From NCBI GenBank assembly GCA_018819225.1, contig JAHJQN010000008.1:128001-192000 (forward strand): a DNA stretch of 64,000 bases, in the 5' to 3' direction. The notes beneath the pieces were generated by a model. It searched no databases and was not told the DNA's origin. It saw only the letters and a program-made list of their open reading frames with translations. Positions 58,751 through 64,000 of the stretch are shown here, one piece after another. This DNA comes from Candidatus Micrarchaeota archaeon (lineage in GTDB: Archaea; Micrarchaeota; Micrarchaeia; Norongarragalinales; SBBD01). The translations under genes were made by a program, and so were the position numbers. The stretch's first letter is position 1. The number at the start of each line of letters is the position of its first letter.

Positions 58751-59215
58751 TTATTCCAGCTTTCCGCGGATGAATCCGCCCGTGTCCGTGTGCGTCAATA
58801 GACTCTGCGAGTCATTGTACGTGATCGACACCGTGTAGTCGTACGCGTCTCCCGGATTTCCATTAATGCCGTCACAGTTTATGGTAAGCAAACCGTTGGC
58901 TGGCACAATTGCAGGATTCGGGCTCGGAACGCAGTTGTTGAGAGCGTTTGGAGCAGTACCGATCGTGGCAGTACTAACCGTAATGACGCGGCCTACTGCG
59001 TTACCGAGAACGAGCGTAGCCGTACTCGTAGCGTTCGCTGGAACCGTGAAGTCCGAACATGTGAACGCGGTAAAACCTCCACATTCTTTGCCTCCACGGA
59101 ATTTGGCGGGGTTGAAGACTCCGGTATACCACAAAACGGCCGCAATAATGACGATTGCCAGAATGGCCCAGCCGTAGGTCACCAGATACTCCAACGCGGA
59201 TTGACCTCTTTTCAT
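58751..59215 (-). CDS. Type IV pilin (class III signal peptide)
   Basis: MKRG|QSALEYLVTYGWAILAIVII, with an AGGTGA SD. Confidence 0.88.
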   Translation of the reverse strand: MKRGQSALEYLVTYGWAILAIVIIAAVLWYTGVFNPAKFRGGKECGGFTAFTCSDFTVPANATSTATLVLGNAVGRVITVSTATIGTAPNALNNCVPSPNPAIVPANGLLTINCDGINGNPGDAYDYTVSITYNDSQSLLTHTDTGGFIRGKLE

Positions 59216-59330
59216 TAAATCACCTGCTTAGGCGGGTATTAATAGTACCCAACAAACCTGAAACCAATAATATTAGCCTCTTTAAAAGGATTTCCATTCG
59301 TACGAGCCAAACCCGACGGAAAAAAACGCG

Positions 59331-59531
59331 TTAAGACTTCATGAAAATTTCAAAAACAGCGGGCAAGTGCAAGGCGATACCGGCGATCAGTAACGGAATA
59401 GCGAAATCAAAAACGAGTCCGGAAAAATAGGCGCCCAATGCGAGTCCGGCCAGGAAATCGCCTATGGCCACAAAAATGTGGCCCCAGACGCTGATGCGCT
59501 TCAAACGCTCGCGGAATTTCTTTTTTTTCAT
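59331..59531 (-). CDS. Small membrane protein
   Basis: Basic N-terminus followed by 2 TMs. Confidence 0.55.
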   Translation of the reverse strand: MKKKKFRERLKRISVWGHIFVAIGDFLAGLALGAYFSGLVFDFAIPLLIAGIALHLPAVFEIFMKS

Positions 59532-59598
59532 GCACGCTACCCAAAGCCATATTAAACAGGCGTTATTAACCTTTTCCATTCGAGGGGAAAAACGGGTT

Positions 59599-60612
59599 AT
59601 GCCTTACACTTACGCTCGCGCGGGGGTAAACGTCCAGCGAGTCAAAGGCATTCAACGGGACACGCAAAGACAATTGGCCTCGACGCTGAACCGAGACGTC
59701 ATACTATCAGCGGGGCATTACTCGGCGCTCGTCAACATCCAAGGAAAAAAAATTGCCGTGCACACGGATGGCGTGGGCACGAAAGTGCTCGTGGCGCAAC
59801 AACTCGGAACGTACGATACCGTAGGGATTGACGCGATTGCCATGAACGTCAACGACTTGGCGTGCATTGGCGCCAAACCGATTACCGTCGTCGATTATCT
59901 AGCGCTGCAAAAACCGGATCCTGCACTCATTCGCGAGATCATGAAAGGACTCGTGAAAGGCGCGAAAAAGGCGAACGTGAGCATCGTCGGCGGGGAAACC
60001 GCGATCACCCCGGATTTGATCAAAGGAATCAACGGCAACGGATTCGACTTGTCCGCAACGTGCGTGGGCATCGTGGAAAAAAAGCTTATTACGGGAAAAG
60101 ACATTCGGGAAAACGACGTGCTCGTGGGAATGGCGAGCACGGGATTGCATTCCAACGGATACACGCTCGCCCGAAAAGTACTCCTCAAGGGAAAAAACCG
60201 TTCCAATAAAAAACTCATGAAAGAGATGTTGAAGCCTACGCGTATCTATTCACCCGCAGCCCTGGAAATGGCGGAAAAAGTCCGCGTGCACGGTTTCGCC
60301 CACATTACGGGAGGGGCGTTCTCGAAATTGACGCGCGTGCTCCCCAAGAAGCTCGGGGTCGTCCTGGATCGCATGCCGACGCCCCCGCGCCTGTTCAACA
60401 CCATTCAACGGAACGCCCATCTCGGAAAACGGGAAATGTACCGCACGTTCAACATGGGTATCGGGTTCTGCGTGTGGGTGGCGTCCAAACAAGTGAAGCG
60501 CACGCTCGCCATCAGCCGAAAACACGGTATTCCCGCGCAGGTCATTGGAAGGGTCATCAAAGGCCATCGCATTCTATTGCACGACAAAGGATACGTGTAC
60601 GATTTAACGTGA
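59599..60612 (+). CDS. purM: AIR synthase
   Basis: Y..AGV, TDGVGTK, AMNVNDL, GGETA, GLHSNGY.LARK, HITGG, EMYRTFNMGIG. Confidence 0.97.
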   Translation: MPYTYARAGVNVQRVKGIQRDTQRQLASTLNRDVILSAGHYSALVNIQGKKIAVHTDGVGTKVLVAQQLGTYDTVGIDAIAMNVNDLACIGAKPITVVDYLALQKPDPALIREIMKGLVKGAKKANVSIVGGETAITPDLIKGINGNGFDLSATCVGIVEKKLITGKDIRENDVLVGMASTGLHSNGYTLARKVLLKGKNRSNKKLMKEMLKPTRIYSPAALEMAEKVRVHGFAHITGGAFSKLTRVLPKKLGVVLDRMPTPPRLFNTIQRNAHLGKREMYRTFNMGIGFCVWVASKQVKRTLAISRKHGIPAQVIGRVIKGHRILLHDKGYVYDLT

Positions 60613-60616
60613 GTCC

Positions 60617-61561
60617 ATGGATGCATTAAACTTCGAACTGGCGCGCGTGCTGATCGCCGTCATTGGAACCGCTTTCGCCGCGTACCAAGATTTCCGAACC
60701 TCGTTCATTGATGACAAAATCCTGTTTTCCATGATCGGAGCGGGAGCACTCATTACGCTTGCGTCCCTCAACGAAACCATTATCGTGTACACATTCGTGG
60801 TCGCCGCATTCATTTTCCTTATGGGATACGTGTTGTACCGGCAAGGACAACTCGGAATGGGCGATGTCCTTCTGTTCGTGGGTCTCCAGTTGTTGTTGCC
60901 GTTCCACCCGCAGATCTTCTCGGATTATGTGATCCGGCCGTTCCCGTTCGAATTACTATCGACGATGGTTCCGCTGGTGGGAAGCTCGTTCTTGATAACG
61001 CTCAATATCCTCAAGCACCTGCTGTTCTTCCTCACGATTTTCTTGGTGAGCTCGTACGTGGCCACGCTGGTGAGTGGAATCACGTACGCACGGGAATTGT
61101 TTAAAACCCGCAAACCCTTGAAACCGAGCTGGACCGGAGCCGGCGTCTCCTTATTCGTTCTCGTGATCGCGGGATTCGTGTTATGGACCACGCTCGCGTT
61201 CTCGTACGGAACCGTTCTCTTTCTGTTGCTGTTGTTATCCACGGCATTCTTCTTGACGTTCCGGGAACAATTATTGGAGGAAGTCGTCACCAAGCGCATG
61301 ACGCTGAAAGAAATCGAGGACGAGGATATTCTGGCACTCGAAAGCATGCCCAAGCGCATCGTTCAAAAATACCATCTCGGAAAAGTGCTGACTAAAAGCG
61401 AAGTGAAAAAGCTGAAACTCATTTCGCGCAAGGAAAGAATGACTCGGTTCCCCGTCTACAAAATATTGCCGCGGTTTGGCCCGTATATTCTGATTGGTCT
61501 GCTCGTGGCGCTGGCATTCGGAGACTTGTTCTCCCTCTTGTTCCGCCTCTCCGGAGGATGA
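60617..61561 (+). CDS. Prepilin/prearchaellin peptidase (A24, PibD/FlaK-like)
   Basis: AAY.D.RT..I.D (first Asp), G.GD (GxGD Asp) and C-terminal P.F.PYI. Multi-TM. Confidence 0.85.
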   Translation: MDALNFELARVLIAVIGTAFAAYQDFRTSFIDDKILFSMIGAGALITLASLNETIIVYTFVVAAFIFLMGYVLYRQGQLGMGDVLLFVGLQLLLPFHPQIFSDYVIRPFPFELLSTMVPLVGSSFLITLNILKHLLFFLTIFLVSSYVATLVSGITYARELFKTRKPLKPSWTGAGVSLFVLVIAGFVLWTTLAFSYGTVLFLLLLLSTAFFLTFREQLLEEVVTKRMTLKEIEDEDILALESMPKRIVQKYHLGKVLTKSEVKKLKLISRKERMTRFPVYKILPRFGPYILIGLLVALAFGDLFSLLFRLSGG

Positions 61562-61566
61562 TTCGG

Positions 61567-61827
61567 TTATTCGGAGATATCGATTTGCTGTCCCAGCGCT
61601 TGACCGGGAAGACCTTTCATCATGATCGCTCGAACCGCACCTTGTTTTCCGTGCGCTTCGACGACCTGTCCCTTGATCAGTTTTCCAGAAGGACTCTTCC
61701 ACACGACCGCTTTCCCTTTAAGCTTCTCGGCGTCCGAACGCTTCTTCGACCCCTGGGGAACGAGAACGTAATGGCGCTTGTACTGCGAGTGCCTTCCTCC
61801 ACGATAATTTCGAATCCGTGCTTTCAT
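61567..61827 (-). CDS. rpl35ae: 50S ribosomal protein L35Ae
   Basis: YRGG...Q, L.GK.V.W, HG..GAVRA....LPGQALG. Confidence 0.94.
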   Translation of the reverse strand: MKARIRNYRGGRHSQYKRHYVLVPQGSKKRSDAEKLKGKAVVWKSPSGKLIKGQVVEAHGKQGAVRAIMMKGLPGQALGQQIDISE

Positions 61828-61953
61828 ATCTATCCACCAAAACCGCGAATACTTAAAACTTATTAAGTGCTACACGCTAAGAGCGTTAACGTAAGTACCC
61901 ATGCGGATAAGGATTAAAAAACGTATCCTTACCCTCCCTTGTTGGAGAGAACG

Positions 61954-63051
61954 ATGAACGAGCTACTGATCAACGATCGCGTCATGCGCAAGCTCTTGCC
62001 GCGCATTCAAGCCACGGCGGAATTTCTTAAAAAAGCCGCCGAACGGAACCAGCACATTCTCATCAAATTTGATGGAGACGGGGACGGAATTTGTTCCGGA
62101 CTCAATATGCTGAAAGCCCTCAGGCGCGTGAGCCATAACAAGCGCATCAGCAATTATCCGGGTCCCTCCGCCGTCTATCGCATCGAGGAAGCGCTGAACG
62201 ACTTGAATCGCGCGGAAAGCACGAAGGAAACCGTTTTTCTATTCCTAGATCATGCCGCCAATGAGGAAAGCGTGGACGCACTGCATTTATTAAAAAGTTA
62301 TGGCGCGCGCATCGTCATCATAGACCATCACCCATTTTCAACGAAAACGAAGGCGCTCGCCGAACGCATGGTGTCGCCCATGCTGGTTTCCAAGGATGGG
62401 GCGTCGTATGTCACCGGATTACTGGCATATGAAGTCGCTAAACGGATTGCACCCGAAGAAGCGGATGATGCGCTGGCATGGTATGCATTGCAAGCGGACA
62501 AGAGTCGTTTCGCGTCCAAAAAAGAATTCATGGAACCCATTGCCATCGAGTATCTCGAGTTCTTCCGACGGAACAATTCACTCGAATTCTATGAAAAAAC
62601 GCTGGCCGATTCCGAAACCGTGAAAGAAAGCTGCCATCAAGCCAAGGAAAAAATCGGGCAAGCGCTGACCCTGGCCAAGCGAAACGCGGAATACAAGAAA
62701 AGCAGGCGCTTTACTTCTGCCGTTGTCCGCGTCGCTAAATGCGTTCCGGAGGGCGATTATCCTTCCAAAAGTAGACTGATCAGCGAATTTCAGCAGCTCA
62801 TGGAAAAAAAGCACGAGAACCTCGTGAGTTTAGGGGTGGACAGCGACTCCATGAGTTTCCGTGCCAGCAAGAAGGCGCTGAAAAACGGTTTTCGGGCCTC
62901 TCAGATCATTCGCCAACTCAAAGACATGTTCGGAACCGAAATTATTTCGGGAGGAGGACATGATGTGGCGGCGAGCTTGAAAGCCAATCCCTCGGCGATC
63001 CATGCCATCGTGCATGAAGCGCTCGCGCTCGTCGAAAAACCTAAGAAATAA
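61954..63051 (+). CDS. DHH-family phosphoesterase (RecJ-like)
   Basis: DGDG, FLD, IIDHH, S.R and GGGH..AA motifs. Confidence 0.87.
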   Translation: MNELLINDRVMRKLLPRIQATAEFLKKAAERNQHILIKFDGDGDGICSGLNMLKALRRVSHNKRISNYPGPSAVYRIEEALNDLNRAESTKETVFLFLDHAANEESVDALHLLKSYGARIVIIDHHPFSTKTKALAERMVSPMLVSKDGASYVTGLLAYEVAKRIAPEEADDALAWYALQADKSRFASKKEFMEPIAIEYLEFFRRNNSLEFYEKTLADSETVKESCHQAKEKIGQALTLAKRNAEYKKSRRFTSAVVRVAKCVPEGDYPSKSRLISEFQQLMEKKHENLVSLGVDSDSMSFRASKKALKNGFRASQIIRQLKDMFGTEIISGGGHDVAASLKANPSAIHAIVHEALALVEKPKK

Positions 63052-63061
63052 ATTGAAACGA

Positions 63062-63379
63062 CTAAGGTAATGGAGGGAGGCCGTCACCATTGTCTTCGGG
63101 TAACGGAGGCAGCTCATCATTTGGACCTCGAGTATCCTCAGGCACAACCTCGCCAGTGGAATCATCGTCTGGAGGCAAAGGAGGCAATTCTTCTCCAATC
63201 GTGGGATTCGCCGTAGGGCAAGGAGCAAACTCGCATGAAGGAGGAACGCGTCCCACGTTACTTCCGTCCGCGCATACTTTGGCTTCCTGCGTACATCCCG
63301 TCGAAGGCGGTTGTTGAACGCAACCCATCAGTAAACCAAAAGCGAAAACACCCAGAAAAGCAATGAAAGCGAGTTTCAT
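63062..63379 (-). CDS. Small lipoprotein with CT.EAK.C.DG..VGR..P.CEF..CP module
   Basis: Lipobox LLMGC, 4-Cys module and ELPPLP repeats. Confidence 0.75.
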   Translation of the reverse strand: MKLAFIAFLGVFAFGLLMGCVQQPPSTGCTQEAKVCADGSNVGRVPPSCEFAPCPTANPTIGEELPPLPPDDDSTGEVVPEDTRGPNDELPPLPEDNGDGLPPLP

Positions 63380-63455
63380 GATAACCAATCACCAAATCGA
63401 TGAACAAGAAAAAAGAAAGAAGGGAGGGTTAAAAACCCTCCTGTTGCGGGAGGCA

Positions 63456-64000
63456 TTAACCGTAATAGCCGTCCTCTTCCCCAGCGGCTTGTGCATCTTC
63501 CGTTTCGTGGGACTTGGTCTCTTCCGGTAACGGAGGAATGTCTTCGAAGGCGCCTAACGTGCACGCACTCGAGACCTTCACGAAATACCCTTCACCGGGA
63601 ACCAACGTGCTCACGCGCTCGTATTGTTTGGAGAACGCGTTCCACTTCCACGGCCCGCTCTGGACATTGCAGCCCTGCGAAATCGAACTGAACGAAACCG
63701 CGTCCGCCGGACCCCCGATTTGGTTCCAACCTTGGAACAAGCGCTCGCCCTCCAGCGTTTCCTTCCGGTTACCCGCAATGGTCACGCTGCAGGAATCGCT
63801 GACTTTTACCCAGTACCCACTTCCGCTGGGCACAGACGCGCCTTCCTTGAGAACCCCATATTTCACGTATCGGCGCTGTTGCGTGTTGTAATGCCACAAC
63901 GTCGCCTGCGAGCAAGTGCTCTCCGTGATAATTCCGCCCTTGAACTGAACCGGCAAAGGCTGAATTAAGGTCGGCATATTGGTCTGCACGATCGCGGCAC
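63456..64000 (-). CDS. C-terminal part of a probable secreted protein (5' end outside the window)
   Basis: Two repeats W.YN.....Y......G.GYW/FVKV...C separated by GWNQIG. The frame is open to the window end. Confidence 0.65.
   Translation of the reverse strand, partial: AAIVQTNMPTLIQPLPVQFKGGIITESTCSQATLWHYNTQQRRYVKYGVLKEGASVPSGSGYWVKVSDSCSVTIAGNRKETLEGERLFQGWNQIGGPADAVSFSSISQGCNVQSGPWKWNAFSKQYERVSTLVPGEGYFVKVSSACTLGAFEDIPPLPEETKSHETEDAQAAGEEDGYYG

Noticed and set aside
1-64000. CRISPR array, rRNA, IS element or provirus
   Set aside because: No regularly spaced repeats, rRNA-like tracts, transposase, integrase or capsid genes were recognised. Intergenic gaps are nearly all under 300 bp.

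Overview
Archaeal chromosomal segment, about 52-55% GC by eye. It carries archaeal information genes (fen, aMBF1, eIF5A, rps6e, rpl35ae, trpS, trm1, hel308, nre, PDCD5). Their divergence, the many class III signal-peptide pilins and the large Cys-rich surface proteins suggest a DPANN lineage, Micrarchaeota-like (inference, not a computed placement). Also present are part of de novo purine/NAD/C1 metabolism (purF-purN fusion, purL/Q/S, purM, GMP synthase, nadC, bacterial-type glyA) and three tRNAs. Most notable findings: (1) a LonB protease gene that stops after the N-terminal half of an intein, a candidate naturally split, trans-splicing Lon; (2) a tRNA-Gly(CCC) with a perfect bulge-helix-bulge intron in the T-loop; (3) a low-GC free-standing LAGLIDADG endonuclease whose compositional boundary lies inside the 3' end of nre; (4) a tandem array of three surface beta-helix proteins, one with a pectate-lyase domain, that share defensin-like Cys modules with a 1925-aa surface protein; (5) an unusual PurF-PurN fusion. 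No CRISPR array, rRNA, transposase or integrase was recognised. All calls come from motif recognition by eye, with no database searches.
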